DNA from: Pseudomonadota bacterium
GTDB taxonomy: Bacteria; Pseudomonadota; Gammaproteobacteria; Eutrophobiales; Eutrophobiaceae
Length of the DNA: 64,000 nt
Reading direction: 5' to 3'
Assembly (NCBI GenBank): GCA_013112535.1
Contig: JABFGI010000001.1
Location: 306,414 to 370,413 of the forward strand
Part shown: piece after piece, positions 52,177 to 62,543 of the stretch
Numbering within the stretch: the first letter of the stretch is position 1
Layout of the letters: the number at the start of each line of letters is the position of its first letter
Program-made: the position numbers and the translations under genes
The notes under the pieces: generated by a model
What the model was told of the DNA's origin: nothing
Databases searched by the model: none
The model's input: the letters and a program-made list of their open reading frames with translations, nothing else

Positions 52177-52205
52177 TTGTTACGCTGGAAACGCGCGGGT
52201 ACAAT
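52177..52205 (+). promoter_or_regulatory. Sigma-70 promoter for rpsO
   Basis: TTGTTA, 17 nt, TACAAT, about 45 nt upstream of the rpsO ATG. Confidence 0.5.
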
Positions 52206-52250
52206 ACGCGCAAATTTGATATAGCATAAGAGTTGCAGGAGTATTTGAAT

Positions 52251-52520
52251 ATGGCATTAAGTTGTGAACAGAAAGCGGGAATCGTAAAAGATTATCAGCG
52301 CGGTGCAAATGATACGGGATCTCCCGAAGTCCAGGTTGCATTGCTGACGTCTCGCATTACTGATTTATCAGGTCATTTCAAAGAGCATGCTAAAGACCAC
52401 CATTCAAGACAGGGTCTGTTACGCATGGTAAACCAAAGACGTAAGTTACTTGATTACCTGAAAGGTAAAGATCTTAATCGCTATCGCGATTTGATCGGTC
52501 GTCTCGGTTTACGTAAATAA
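52251..52520 (+). CDS. rpsO: 30S ribosomal protein S15
   Basis: [11 protein letters not shown]...[20 protein letters not shown] is near-identical to S15; start trimmed to the MALS ATG. Confidence 0.95.
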   Translation: MALSCEQKAGIVKDYQRGANDTGSPEVQVALLTSRITDLSGHFKEHAKDHHSRQGLLRMVNQRRKLLDYLKGKDLNRYRDLIGRLGLRK

Positions 52521-52558
52521 ACTCTTTCCGGCATTCGCCAATGAGGAATTCATATTAT

Positions 52559-52585
52559 AAACCCGCTACTGCGGGTTTTAATGTT
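52559..52585 (+). terminator. Hairpin between rpsO and pnp (terminator / RNase III processing stem)
   Basis: AACCCGC-tact-GCGGGTT followed by a T-rich tract. Confidence 0.6.
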
Positions 52586-52643
52586 TTATAAAATCAAAAA
52601 ATATCTTTTAAATTAATCAACATATATCTGTTAGGGAAAATCC

Positions 52644-54752
52644 ATGAGCGTGGTAACAAAAGAATTTCAATTCGGTAGTCATAAAGTCACTTTAGAAACA
52701 GGCAGAATAGCCAGACAAGCATCCGGTGCTGTCATGGTTAGCATGGGGGATACCGTCGTATTGGTTACCTGTGTTGCAAAAAAAGAAGCAAGGGAAGGGC
52801 AAGACTTTTTCCCTTTAACTGTTGATTACCAGGAAAAGAACTATGCAGCCGGTAGAATACCAGGCGGTTTTTTTAAGAGGGAAGGTCGTCCTTCGGAAAA
52901 AGAAACCTTAACCTGCCGATTAATTGACCGACCTATTCGACCTCTTTTCCCGAAAGGGTTTAAAAATGAAATTCAAATTATTGTGACCGTCATGTCACTT
53001 GACCCGGATATTGATCCAGACATTCCTGCAATTATCGGTGCTTCGGCAGCCATTAGTCTTTCAGGGGCACCTTTCAGTGGTCCTGTTGGTGCTGCTCGTG
53101 TGGGTTACATCGATGGGCAGTATGTACTTAATCCAACTTTTACCGAACTGGAAAGTTCTGATTTGGATTTGGTTGTTGCCGGTACGAATACATCAGTATT
53201 GATGGTTGAATCTGAAGCAAAACAATTATCTGAAGAAACCATGCTAGGCGCAGTGATGTTTGGTCATGAGCAATTTCAGGTTGTGATTGAAAACATAAAA
53301 GCTTTAGCTGAAGAAGCGAATACTAAAGCTTGGGACTGGGTTGCTAAAGAAAAAGACGATGCACTTGAAAATGAAATTCAATCACGTGCCGGAGATTTGG
53401 TCCGTGAAGCGTATAGCATACAGGACAAGCTTGAGCGTAAAGATCGTTTGAGTGAAATCAAAAAAGAAGTCGTTGAAGGTATGACCGAAGGTGACGAACC
53501 ACAATGGTCAGAAGCAGAAATTACTGGCTCGATAGAATCTCTTGAAAGTCATATTGTTCGTAGCAGTGTTCTTTCAGGCGAAAATCGTATTGATGGTCGT
53601 GATACAAAAACGATTCGTCCGATTACTGTTGAAACCGGTGTTTTACCACGTACTCATGGTTCTGCCTTGTTTACACGTGGTGAAACTCAAGCAATCGTTG
53701 TTGTGACCTTAGGCACACAACGTGATGCACAAATCATTGATGCCATTGAAGGTTCTAGAAAAGATCCTTTTATGTTCCATTACAACTTTCCACCATTCTG
53801 TGTGAATGAAACAGGTCGTGTTGGTACACCAAAGCGTCGTGAGATTGGTCATGGTCGTTTAGCCAAGCGTGGTGTTTTAGGCGTCATGCCTAATATGGAA
53901 GAATATCCTTACGCAATTCGTGTTGTTTCTGAAATTACAGAATCAAACGGTTCAAGTTCAATGGCCTCTGTTTGTGGTAGTAGTCTGGCATTAATGGATG
54001 CCGGTGTTGAACTAGATGCGCCTGTTGCCGGTATTGCGATGGGACTGATTAAAGAGGGTGATAAGTTTGTTGTTCTTTCTGACATCATGGGTGATGAAGA
54101 TCACCTTGGCGATATGGACTTTAAGGTAGCGGGTTCTGAGAAAGGTATTACCGCCTTACAAATGGATATCAAAATAGATGGTATCACAAAGGAAATTATG
54201 GAAGTCGCTTTGACTCAAGCACAGGAAGGACGGTTACATATTCTTGGCAAGATGAACGCGGTGTTATCTAACCATAAAGATGAAATGTCTGAATTCGCGC
54301 CACGTATTACAACAATCAAGATTCATCCTGACAAAATTCGTGATGTTATTGGTAAAGGCGGTGCAACTATTCGTGCCATCTGTGAAGAAACCGGTGCAAC
54401 GGTTGATATCGATGATGATGGTACCGTTAAGATTGCAGCGACTGATAAAGCCGCAGGTGATGCCGCATTAAAACGTGTTGAACAAATTACAGCAGATATT
54501 GAAGTCGGTAAAACCTACGAAGGCAAAGTTGCCAAGTTGATGGACTTTGGTGCTTTCGTCAATATTCTTCCGGGTAAAGATGGACTGGTGCATATTTCTC
54601 AAATCTGTGAAGAACGCGTTGAAAATGTCAGCGATAAACTGAGTGAAGGCGACATCGTACAAGTTAAAGTGCTTGAAGTTGATCGACAAGGTCGTGTTCG
54701 TTTGAGTATGAAAGCTGTTCAAGCGGAAGCGGAAGTTGAAGCTAGCGAATAG
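52644..54752 (+). CDS. pnp: Polyribonucleotide nucleotidyltransferase (PNPase)
   Basis: Two RNase PH domains, KH and S1 domains; 702 aa. Confidence 0.95.
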   Translation: MSVVTKEFQFGSHKVTLETGRIARQASGAVMVSMGDTVVLVTCVAKKEAREGQDFFPLTVDYQEKNYAAGRIPGGFFKREGRPSEKETLTCRLIDRPIRPLFPKGFKNEIQIIVTVMSLDPDIDPDIPAIIGASAAISLSGAPFSGPVGAARVGYIDGQYVLNPTFTELESSDLDLVVAGTNTSVLMVESEAKQLSEETMLGAVMFGHEQFQVVIENIKALAEEANTKAWDWVAKEKDDALENEIQSRAGDLVREAYSIQDKLERKDRLSEIKKEVVEGMTEGDEPQWSEAEITGSIESLESHIVRSSVLSGENRIDGRDTKTIRPITVETGVLPRTHGSALFTRGETQAIVVVTLGTQRDAQIIDAIEGSRKDPFMFHYNFPPFCVNETGRVGTPKRREIGHGRLAKRGVLGVMPNMEEYPYAIRVVSEITESNGSSSMASVCGSSLALMDAGVELDAPVAGIAMGLIKEGDKFVVLSDIMGDEDHLGDMDFKVAGSEKGITALQMDIKIDGITKEIMEVALTQAQEGRLHILGKMNAVLSNHKDEMSEFAPRITTIKIHPDKIRDVIGKGGATIRAICEETGATVDIDDDGTVKIAATDKAAGDAALKRVEQITADIEVGKTYEGKVAKLMDFGAFVNILPGKDGLVHISQICEERVENVSDKLSEGDIVQVKVLEVDRQGRVRLSMKAVQAEAEVEASE

Positions 54753-54776
54753 GACAGTTTTTCTTAAGTTTTAAAC

Positions 54777-54803
54777 AAAAAGGAGCCTAATGGCTCCTTT
54801 TTT
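54777..54803 (+). terminator. Rho-independent terminator after pnp
   Basis: AGGAGCC-taat-GGCTCCT followed by T6. Confidence 0.8.
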
Positions 54804-54906
54804 GTTACCTGCCATTTAACCCGTTTGGGTTTCAAATACGTTACTAGCAGAGTAACAGAACCTAATTACTGGTCAGAAGCTATCTATTGGAGATACACTT
54901 TATGCA

Positions 54907-55464
54907 ATGGATAACGATGTTTCAGATGAGAATCTTATGATGAGCTATGCTTCGGGTGATGCTGCAGCGTTTGAAATATTATATGCGCGTCATAAAGGAG
55001 CCATCTATCGCTATATGCTTAATCTATGTCGTAATGAAGCGATTGCGGAAGAATTATTTCAGGAAGTCTGGATGAAATTGATTAATGCCCGTGAAAATTA
55101 TCAAGTTAAAGCAAAGTTTACAACCTATCTCTACAAACTGGCACATAATCAATATATTGATCATTATCGAAAACAAAATGTCAGGATAGTGGAAGACCAG
55201 TCCGTAGAAATAGATGACGTTATACAAGAACAATCATCTAAAAATAATCCTGAAAAACAGGCACAAACAAACCAGACTATAAATAGATTGACTGAATTAT
55301 TGGCATCCTTACCCAATGAACAACGCGAAATTTTTTTATTAAGAGAAGAAACAGGAATGAGTATTCCTGACCTTGCAGAGACATTAGGTATTAACCATGA
55401 AGCGGCAAAGAGTCGTCTTCGCTATGCAATCAGTAAATTGAGAACAGGTTTAAATAACGAATAA
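54907..55464 (+). CDS. ECF-type RNA polymerase sigma factor (sigma-70 regions 2 and 4)
   Basis: Region 2 (YRYMLNLCRNEAIAEELFQEVWMKL) and region 4 HTH (MSIPDLAETLGINHEAAKSRL). Confidence 0.8.
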   Translation: MDNDVSDENLMMSYASGDAAAFEILYARHKGAIYRYMLNLCRNEAIAEELFQEVWMKLINARENYQVKAKFTTYLYKLAHNQYIDHYRKQNVRIVEDQSVEIDDVIQEQSSKNNPEKQAQTNQTINRLTELLASLPNEQREIFLLREETGMSIPDLAETLGINHEAAKSRLRYAISKLRTGLNNE

Positions 55465-55467
55465 GTT

Positions 55468-56448
55468 ATGGCAAACAAGGATCAAAACGATAAAGAATTA
55501 AATGACTATCTGAAGGGTGATTCAGATTTGTCGAAAGCTTATCGTGCATCGAATAAAGTCGAACCATCAGTTCATCTGGATGAAAAAATATTGTCAGCTG
55601 CTAAAGATACAATTAATAGTGATAAACAGAAAACAAAATTTCATAAAGCGCCCTGGGTAAAACCGGTTTCTATTGCTGCGATAGTTACATTGAGTGTTAG
55701 TCTGGTCGTAACAATGCAACAGGAAACTGGACAATCAATAATCAGTGAGCCAGAAGTTGAAATGTATGATTCTGCTGCGGTTATTGAAGAAATAAGCTTG
55801 CCTGAATCAAAGCAAAGCAGTGATGATGAAACTGTTATAAACGAAATTGAATTAAAACAAAAAAAGGATGCGCGTGTTGATGCTGCAGTACCAGCAGCAT
55901 TAGGTGCTGCAACAGATTTATATCGTACTGAAGAAAAAGCAGAATTAGAAAGAGCAAGAATGAAACAAGCACCTGCTAAAAGAATGTTAATGAAAGAAAA
56001 AGAACAAATGCAAGCAGATGCATTAGAAGAAAGAGTTTTTGCTGATGAAGTAATGCCGTCCGCTCCGACGGGAATAGAGTTTGATAGTGTAATGGATATG
56101 GAACAAGAAAAGCAGCAGATTTCAACTATTAGCGAAGTTCTTTCCATTGATGATTTATTAAAAGAATCATCTAAGTATGATGGGGAAGAAGTAGTTGTAA
56201 AAGGCGTGTTACATTTTGAGTTCGAAGGAAATGAATTAAGAAGCGGAAGTTATAAACTAGCAGTGAGCTTAGCCGAATCAGTTCGAAAAAATACAGAGGC
56301 ATATAGCAATTATAAAAATAAATACAACGGTACTTTGGTGAAGGTTAAAGGAATTTTTAATCTAGAATTTAAGGGACATAGAGGAATGTGGCCTGCTGGC
56401 ATTACCGATGTTACTTCAATAATTCCTTACAACAATAAAGTAAATTAA
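55468..56448 (+). CDS. Putative anti-sigma factor (single-pass membrane protein)
   Basis: Starts 4 nt after the ECF sigma gene. Short cytoplasmic N-terminus, one TM, charged periplasmic region. Confidence 0.5.
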   Translation: MANKDQNDKELNDYLKGDSDLSKAYRASNKVEPSVHLDEKILSAAKDTINSDKQKTKFHKAPWVKPVSIAAIVTLSVSLVVTMQQETGQSIISEPEVEMYDSAAVIEEISLPESKQSSDDETVINEIELKQKKDARVDAAVPAALGAATDLYRTEEKAELERARMKQAPAKRMLMKEKEQMQADALEERVFADEVMPSAPTGIEFDSVMDMEQEKQQISTISEVLSIDDLLKESSKYDGEEVVVKGVLHFEFEGNELRSGSYKLAVSLAESVRKNTEAYSNYKNKYNGTLVKVKGIFNLEFKGHRGMWPAGITDVTSIIPYNNKVN

Positions 56449-56458
56449 AACAAAGGAT

Positions 56459-56487
56459 AAAAAAGAGCCATGCTTTCGCATGGCTCA
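56459..56487 (-). terminator. Rho-independent terminator for the peroxiredoxin-glutaredoxin gene
   Basis: GAGCCATGC-tttc-GCATGGCTC, with a T-run when read on the minus strand. Confidence 0.7.
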
Positions 56488-56530
56488 AATGCTTAATATA
56501 TTGTAATAGGGGAAGGAGGATATATTAAGG

Positions 56531-57280
56531 TTATGCTACTTTTTGACTCTTCTCTTTCAAGTAAGCTTCCAATGCATCTGCTGTTCCAATCAACTTGCCA
56601 CCGATGAAGACTTGTGGTGTTGTTGTTGCGCCGGAGATGGCGCGCAATGAACGGCTGGTAACGCCTTCGCCTAGTTCAATTTCTTCGTAAGGCATGTTGT
56701 TCGCTTCTAATGCTTTTCTGGCACGTTCACAGTGAATACAGCCTTTACGTGAAATCATCGAAACGAATTCAGGTTTAACTGCATTAGCATTGATGTAGTT
56801 CAACATCGTGTCCGCATCGGAAACTTCAAACGGGTCGCCTTCGATTTCCGGTTCGATAAACATTTTTTCGATTTGTTTATCTTTAACCAGCATGGAGTAA
56901 CGCCATGAACGTTTGCCAAAACCTAAGTCTTCTTTACCAACTAGCATACCCATGCCGTTGGTGAATTCACCGTTACCATCAGGTAATACAGTGACGTTGT
57001 CTGATTCCTGGTTTTCTTTCCAGGCATTCATGACAAAGGTATCGTTAACAGACATGCATATAATTTCGTCCACGCCATTTTGTTTGAATACGGGAGCCAG
57101 TTCGTTAAAACGTGGTAAATGTGTACTTGAACAAGTTGGGGTAAATGCACCCGGTAATGAAAAGACGATGACAGTCTTACCTGCAAACAGATCATCGGTT
57201 GTTATATTTTTCCATTCGCCACTTTCAATGACACGAAAACTAACGTCCGGGACATTTTTGCCTTCTCTATTCTCTAACAT
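56531..57280 (-). CDS. Hybrid peroxiredoxin-glutaredoxin (Prx5-type peroxiredoxin fused to Grx)
   Basis: Prx5 peroxidatic motif PGAFTPTCS and C-terminal Grx CIHC/CPYC-like motif with TTPQVFIGG. Confidence 0.85.
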   Translation of the reverse strand: MLENREGKNVPDVSFRVIESGEWKNITTDDLFAGKTVIVFSLPGAFTPTCSSTHLPRFNELAPVFKQNGVDEIICMSVNDTFVMNAWKENQESDNVTVLPDGNGEFTNGMGMLVGKEDLGFGKRSWRYSMLVKDKQIEKMFIEPEIEGDPFEVSDADTMLNYINANAVKPEFVSMISRKGCIHCERARKALEANNMPYEEIELGEGVTSRSLRAISGATTTPQVFIGGKLIGTADALEAYLKEKSQKVA

Positions 57281-57414
57281 TGCTGTTCTCCTAAAAGGTT
57301 AAATTATTTAAGTCAGGAGAATTCTAGGGGAGGTCAGTAGATTAATAAAATTGATTGTATTTATTTAGTATATAGTAAAAAACTATCTATCGTAAGGTGT
57401 TGATATTAAATGAT

Positions 57415-57906
57415 TTAGTGCAGTTGACTGCTTGATGCGCTTTCACCGTGCTTGCCTAATTGCCATTCAGCTCGATCAACGCTTTGCATTAATAAAGAGT
57501 AAAACATATAAAGCAGGCTATCGTTGAGATTGTAAGTGATTCCTTTTCCTGACTCTGACTGGATTATTAATACGAAGTTACCTTGTTCGTCAGTTCCCGT
57601 TTTTATTCCGAAGGCGAGAACACCATTTTCACCTAAAGGATGATTCTTTGGTGTTTCTTCTACATAAGGTTTTTCAAATGCGCCTTCTTCAAAGAATTTT
57701 TTAGTTTGTTTTTGCGAGCTCAATGTTGTCGTGCCACCGCGTTTATCAATCTCTTTATCGAATACATCTATAAGTAACTTTGTATACCGACGAGTTAACC
57801 ATATAAGATATTCATCATTATTTTCAGTTGATGTCCTCAATAGTATGCGATCCTCTTTACTGGAATACTGCATATTAATTTGATGAAGTTTATTTGTTTC
57901 TGCCAT
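57415..57906 (-). CDS. Hypothetical protein
   Basis: 163-aa ORF with no recognised family. Confidence 0.4.
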   Translation of the reverse strand: MAETNKLHQINMQYSSKEDRILLRTSTENNDEYLIWLTRRYTKLLIDVFDKEIDKRGGTTTLSSQKQTKKFFEEGAFEKPYVEETPKNHPLGENGVLAFGIKTGTDEQGNFVLIIQSESGKGITYNLNDSLLYMFYSLLMQSVDRAEWQLGKHGESASSSQLH

Positions 57907-58044
57907 ATTAAAATATTAATCCAGAAAGAATCAGGTATGGTATAAAATTAATAAATGTTTTTTTATTAAATTCATCATCTGCTCATAAGTCACTTTTGTT
58001 AAAGTGTAGCCGAGAATCAGGATTCATTGAAATAGAACTATTAT

Positions 58045-58953
58045 ATGCAAATTCGTAGTGTATTATTTTTACCGGTAGGTGCAGTATTAATCTCTGCTGT
58101 TGCTATTCTATACCCAGGTTGGCTGGCTGATTGCGGTAGGGCAATCGTACCTTTGTTAGGTCTGGTCATGTTTGCGATGGGCATGACGCTAAAGCCTGCT
58201 GATTTTAAACGCGTATTAGAACAACCATTATTAGTATTCATTGGTGTTACGTTGCAATATATTTTTATGCCGTTAATAGCATGGTTTCTATCATCTGTTT
58301 TGAATCTACCTGTTCTATTAGCAACAGGAATGATTCTGGTTGGCTCATGCCCTGGTGGAACTGCATCAAACGTTATTTGTTTTCTTGCCAAAGCTAATGT
58401 TGCTTTATCCATTTCTCTAACAGCAGTATCTACCTTGTTAGCTGTTGTTTTAACTCCGTTAATCACATTGTTTTATGTAGACCAAAGTGTTGCTGTGCCG
58501 GTCAGCAACATGATGAAAAACTTGTTTTTCATTGTGGTGCTTCCTGTTTTATCCGGCGTCCTGATCAATACTTATCTACAAAACCGTATCGATAAGATTA
58601 AATCGTTTTTGCCTATAATTTCTGTAGTATCAATTATCTTCATTATTGGTGTAATAGTTGCAAAGAATAGTGAGCAACTATTTGAGTTAGGAGGATTATT
58701 GTTTTGTGCTGTCGCATTACACAATCTATTTGGTTTAATTGCGGGTTATAGTATTCCTAAATTGATGGGCTATGACAAAACAGTTTGTAGAACACTTTCT
58801 ATTGAGGTCGGAATGCAAAATTCCGGTTTAGCAGTTGTTTTGGCAAATCAGTTTTTTTCTGCTGTAGCTGCATTACCGGGCGCTTTATTTAGTGTTTGGC
58901 ACAATGTTGCAGGTTCAATGCTAGCGGCTCTATGGTCAAAGAGTGATAATTAA
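58045..58953 (+). CDS. Bile acid:sodium symporter (BASS/SBF) family transporter
   Basis: About 9-10 TM; MGMTL and GSCPGGTASNV signature regions. Confidence 0.8.
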   Translation: MQIRSVLFLPVGAVLISAVAILYPGWLADCGRAIVPLLGLVMFAMGMTLKPADFKRVLEQPLLVFIGVTLQYIFMPLIAWFLSSVLNLPVLLATGMILVGSCPGGTASNVICFLAKANVALSISLTAVSTLLAVVLTPLITLFYVDQSVAVPVSNMMKNLFFIVVLPVLSGVLINTYLQNRIDKIKSFLPIISVVSIIFIIGVIVAKNSEQLFELGGLLFCAVALHNLFGLIAGYSIPKLMGYDKTVCRTLSIEVGMQNSGLAVVLANQFFSAVAALPGALFSVWHNVAGSMLAALWSKSDN

Positions 58954-58954
58954 A

Positions 58955-59653
58955 ATGAAAAAAAACAGTATTGTTTTCTTGTTTTTGTGTTTGCTCATTA
59001 TGGGCTGTTCTAAAAATGAAATTTCTTATTTTCCTTTGAATAAAGGATTTAAATGGCAATATGATGTTGCTTTAATAAATAGAGATGGACTATCTAATCA
59101 AAAATATATTCTTAATAACCTTGGTAAAAGCAAATTAAACGGAGAAGAAGTCTACTTAAGGCGTTCACTTGATGATTCGCTACTTTATTATACTGTTTCT
59201 GATGAAGGAATTTTTTATAAAGGAAATATTAATTCTCAAAATATTAATCCAGAATTTAAAGAGAACTATCAACTGGTTATTCCAGGAGAATTATCTGTCG
59301 GAGTAAAATGGGAAGAATCAACAACAACAAAATTATTACAAAAAACAGGGCCACCTCAAAAAACAGTATTTAAAATTATTGCCAGGGTTCCATTAGATGT
59401 GAAAATAGAATCATTGTCTGAAACGGTAATTGTGCCGGCAGGTCGTTTTGAAAATTGCTTGAAAATTTCAATGGAAGGATTTGTCTTTAAAGATGCTGGA
59501 AATTATATCGGTTTAACCATGATTAGTGTTGAGCAGACAAATTGGTATGCACCAGGTATCGGCTTAGTCAAAATGGAACGTCTGGAGACGACAGAACGTA
59601 AAGCACTGGACAAGGGAACATTGCTTGTTGAGTTAGCCAGGTTTGAGCCTTGA
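58955..59653 (+). CDS. Hypothetical lipoprotein
   Basis: Signal peptide with lipobox LIMGC. ATG 1 nt after the BASS stop; the track ORF starts at an upstream GTG. Confidence 0.5.
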   Translation: MKKNSIVFLFLCLLIMGCSKNEISYFPLNKGFKWQYDVALINRDGLSNQKYILNNLGKSKLNGEEVYLRRSLDDSLLYYTVSDEGIFYKGNINSQNINPEFKENYQLVIPGELSVGVKWEESTTTKLLQKTGPPQKTVFKIIARVPLDVKIESLSETVIVPAGRFENCLKISMEGFVFKDAGNYIGLTMISVEQTNWYAPGIGLVKMERLETTERKALDKGTLLVELARFEP

Positions 59654-59663
59654 TAAAACGGTA

Positions 59664-60239
59664 TTATGAGTGGCTTCTTAAATCTATTATCCGTTTTTCT
59701 GTAACCAAAATATCCAGTGGCATATCGGTGTCTTCCAAAGGCAGGTCATCGACAATTTGTAACTCAAAGGCAACGCCGATTTTGGTTTTTACCTTATTAT
59801 TTGCAAACCAGCGATCATAATAACCACGGCCATAACCTAGACGTTCGCCTCTTTCAGTGAATCCCAGACCGGGAGTAATGGCAATATCAAAAGGATCGGG
59901 TACAGCTTGATTGGTTTTTGGTGTCAAAATCCCCATTTTGTCGGGCTCCAATTCGGATAAATCTGTCAGTGGAACGGCCAACATTTCTGTCTTTCCAATG
60001 ATTTTTGGAACAGCCATGCTCAATTTTTGTTCTAAAAAGGCGGAAATTAAGGGCCGGGTTTCTACTTCACTCAGGTAGGAAATATAGCAAAATATGCTTT
60101 TTGCCTGATTAAATTCAGGAATTTCGTCTAGAAACTGATTAATTTGTTGGCTCATCTTGGTTCGATCTGCTTTGGAAAGCATTGAACGTTGTTGTTTTAT
60201 TGTCTTTCTGAGCTGTTTTTTTTGTTCAAGTAAATTCAT
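59664..60239 (-). CDS. 5-formyltetrahydrofolate cyclo-ligase (YgfA/MTHFS)
   Basis: GxGYGRGYYDR motif and overall MTHFS layout. Confidence 0.8.
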   Translation of the reverse strand: MNLLEQKKQLRKTIKQQRSMLSKADRTKMSQQINQFLDEIPEFNQAKSIFCYISYLSEVETRPLISAFLEQKLSMAVPKIIGKTEMLAVPLTDLSELEPDKMGILTPKTNQAVPDPFDIAITPGLGFTERGERLGYGRGYYDRWFANNKVKTKIGVAFELQIVDDLPLEDTDMPLDILVTEKRIIDLRSHS

Positions 60240-60477
60240 AAGTAATATAGAAAAACCAAATATATCAAATAGATATAAGTAAATGATAAATATTTTATTA
60301 GTTATATTCAGTAGCTATTATGAGCCTGTTTAATGAGCATCTATTAATGATTTTTACATAGCGTAAAATCACTGTCTTTACTTTCTTTTTCGGCGTTTTT
60401 ACGTACAATAGCGCCTTTTTTCAAGCGGGTGTTTTCTATCCGCAGTAATTCAGAATTTTATAGAGGTCATTAGACTG

Positions 60478-60732
60478 ATGGTAACAATTAGATTGTCTCG
60501 TAAAGGAGCTAAGAAAACCCCATATTATCACATTGTGGTTATAGATAGCCGTAAGAAAGATAGTGGTCGTCCACTGGAACGACTTGGTTTTTTCAATCCT
60601 TCTGCAACAGGTCAGGAAGTGATGTTCAAGATAGAACAGGAACGTGTTGATCATTGGGTTTCTCAAGGCGCACAACTATCTGACCGTGTAGCAAAGTTGA
60701 TTAAGCAAAATGCGGCAGCAGCAGCTGCATAA
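60478..60732 (+). CDS. rpsP: 30S ribosomal protein S16
   Basis: [21 protein letters not shown]... near-identical to S16. Confidence 0.95.
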   Translation: MVTIRLSRKGAKKTPYYHIVVIDSRKKDSGRPLERLGFFNPSATGQEVMFKIEQERVDHWVSQGAQLSDRVAKLIKQNAAAAAA

Positions 60733-60793
60733 CAAGGCGTAATAGTGCTTAAGTTATTTTTAATTTAGGCAAAAGACAGCATTAAATTTTTTA

Positions 60794-61315
60794 ATGCAAC
60801 AAGTTAAGTCCCGAATAGTTGTTGGTCGTATTGGTGGGGCTCATGGTGTACGGGGATGGATAAAAATCATGTCCTACACTCGACCTAAAGAGAATATTTT
60901 TACTTATTCGCCCTGGTTGATTCATGTGAATGGTCAATGGCAAGAGTTTGAAATTGAAGATGCTCAACAACGGGGTGAACGGTTATTAGTAAAGTTTTCT
61001 GATATTAATAGCCCTGAAGGTGCACGTATTTTTTTGAATTGTGATATTGCAATTAAACGTGAGCAGCTACCGGATTTGGATGAAGGCCAGTATTACTGGC
61101 ATGATTTGATTGGTCTTGATGTCTTTAATCAAGATCAAGTTAATCTGGGCAGAATTAGTGAGATTACAGAAACAGGCGCAAATGATGTGCTTGTGGTTCG
61201 GCAGAAAGGCGAGAATAAAAGTAACATATTAATTCCATTAGTAATGGATGTTTATGTAAAACAAGTTGATTTGGATGCCAATAAAATGCAAGTCGATTGG
61301 CACTTTGAAGACTAA
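60794..61315 (+). CDS. rimM: Ribosome maturation factor RimM
   Basis: GAHGVRGW motif and PRC barrel; operon position. Confidence 0.9.
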   Translation: MQQVKSRIVVGRIGGAHGVRGWIKIMSYTRPKENIFTYSPWLIHVNGQWQEFEIEDAQQRGERLLVKFSDINSPEGARIFLNCDIAIKREQLPDLDEGQYYWHDLIGLDVFNQDQVNLGRISEITETGANDVLVVRQKGENKSNILIPLVMDVYVKQVDLDANKMQVDWHFED

Positions 61316-61327
61316 TAGATCAATCTG

Positions 61328-62071
61328 ATGTATAGACTTGATGTGATAACGCTTTTCCCGGAGATGTTTGCTTCGGTATTGGAACATGGTGTGATTAGTC
61401 GCGCAGTTTCGGATGAACTGATTGCTTTTAGAAGCTGGAATCCACGCGATTACACAACTGATAAACATAAGACAATTGATGATCGGTCTTATGGTGGTGG
61501 ACCAGGCATGGTGATGATGTATGAGCCAGTTTGTGCGGCAATAGCCAAGGCAAAACAGGCCCAACCAGATGCCAGGGTGATTTATTTGTCGCCACAAGGC
61601 AGGCGTTTAGATCAAAAAGGTGTAACTGAATTATCCAGACGTAGTGGCATGATACTGGTTTCAGGACGATATGAAGGTATTGATGAACGTATTATCGATA
61701 CTGCAATAGACGAAGAATGGTCTATTGGTGATTATGTATTGAGCGGCGGTGAATTGGCGGCAATGGTGCTAATAGATAGTGTGTGCCGAACCTTGCCCGG
61801 TGTATTAGGGCATGAGAATTCAGCTAACGAAGATTCGTTTGTTGACGGTTTATTAGACTATCCTCATTATACGCGCCCGGAACAAGTGGACGGTCATGCT
61901 GTACCAGATATTTTATTAAGCGGTGACCATGAAAAAATACGCCGCTGGCGATTAAAACAGGCCTTGGGTAAGACCTGGAAAAGTCGACCGGATTTAATTG
62001 AGTCAATAGAACTTGATGAAGAGCAAAAAAGATTGTTACAGGAATATATTACTGAAGCCGAACAATCTTAA
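61328..62071 (+). CDS. trmD: tRNA (guanine37-N1)-methyltransferase
   Basis: SPOUT knot motifs ([19 protein letters not shown]). Confidence 0.95.
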   Translation: MYRLDVITLFPEMFASVLEHGVISRAVSDELIAFRSWNPRDYTTDKHKTIDDRSYGGGPGMVMMYEPVCAAIAKAKQAQPDARVIYLSPQGRRLDQKGVTELSRRSGMILVSGRYEGIDERIIDTAIDEEWSIGDYVLSGGELAAMVLIDSVCRTLPGVLGHENSANEDSFVDGLLDYPHYTRPEQVDGHAVPDILLSGDHEKIRRWRLKQALGKTWKSRPDLIESIELDEEQKRLLQEYITEAEQS

Positions 62072-62109
62072 AGAACAACTAAATATAGATTGGTAATTGG
62101 AGTATTAAA

Positions 62110-62466
62110 ATGTCAAACATAATCGAACAACTCGATGCTGAACAAATGACAAAAGAAATCCCTGAGTTTGCAGCAGGTGATACTGTTGTTGTTCAGGTAA
62201 AAGTAAAGGAAGGCGACCGGGAACGTTTACAGGCTTTTGAAGGTGTTGTTATTGCGAAAAAGAATCGTGGTATTAATTCATCGTTCACTGTTCGTAAAAT
62301 TTCTTCTGGCGAAGGTGTTGAACGTGTATTTCAAACTTATAGCCCAATGGTTGCTGAAATTAACGTTAAACGTCGTGGTGATGTACGTCGAGCAAAACTG
62401 TATTACATGCGTGACCTACGCGGTAAAGCGGCTCGTATTAAAGAAAAAATTAAGACTAAATCGTAA
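62110..62466 (+). CDS. rplS: 50S ribosomal protein L19
   Basis: L19 signature; operon position. Confidence 0.95.
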   Translation: MSNIIEQLDAEQMTKEIPEFAAGDTVVVQVKVKEGDRERLQAFEGVVIAKKNRGINSSFTVRKISSGEGVERVFQTYSPMVAEINVKRRGDVRRAKLYYMRDLRGKAARIKEKIKTKS

Positions 62467-62485
62467 TACTTCAAAAGTATCTTTA

Positions 62486-62512
62486 ACCGGGCTGTTTCTC
62501 AGCCCGGTATCT
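62486..62512 (+). terminator. Terminator hairpin after rplS
   Basis: ACCGGGCT-gtttctc-AGCCCGGT; weak T-tract. Confidence 0.55.
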
Positions 62513-62543
62513 ATAAAATACGGTTCATTCAAGTTATGCTTAC

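Noticed and set aside
55641-56147. 168-aa minus-strand ORF
   Set aside because: Antisense to the putative anti-sigma gene, which is translationally coupled to the ECF sigma gene.
56913-57302. 129-aa plus-strand ORF
   Set aside because: Antisense to the well-supported peroxiredoxin-glutaredoxin gene.
58041-58466. 141-aa minus-strand ORF
   Set aside because: Antisense to the BASS transporter gene.
60436-60675. 79-aa minus-strand ORF
   Set aside because: Antisense to the highly conserved rpsP coding sequence.
61238-61597. 119-aa minus-strand ORF across the rimM/trmD junction
   Set aside because: Antisense to two conserved ribosome-biogenesis genes.
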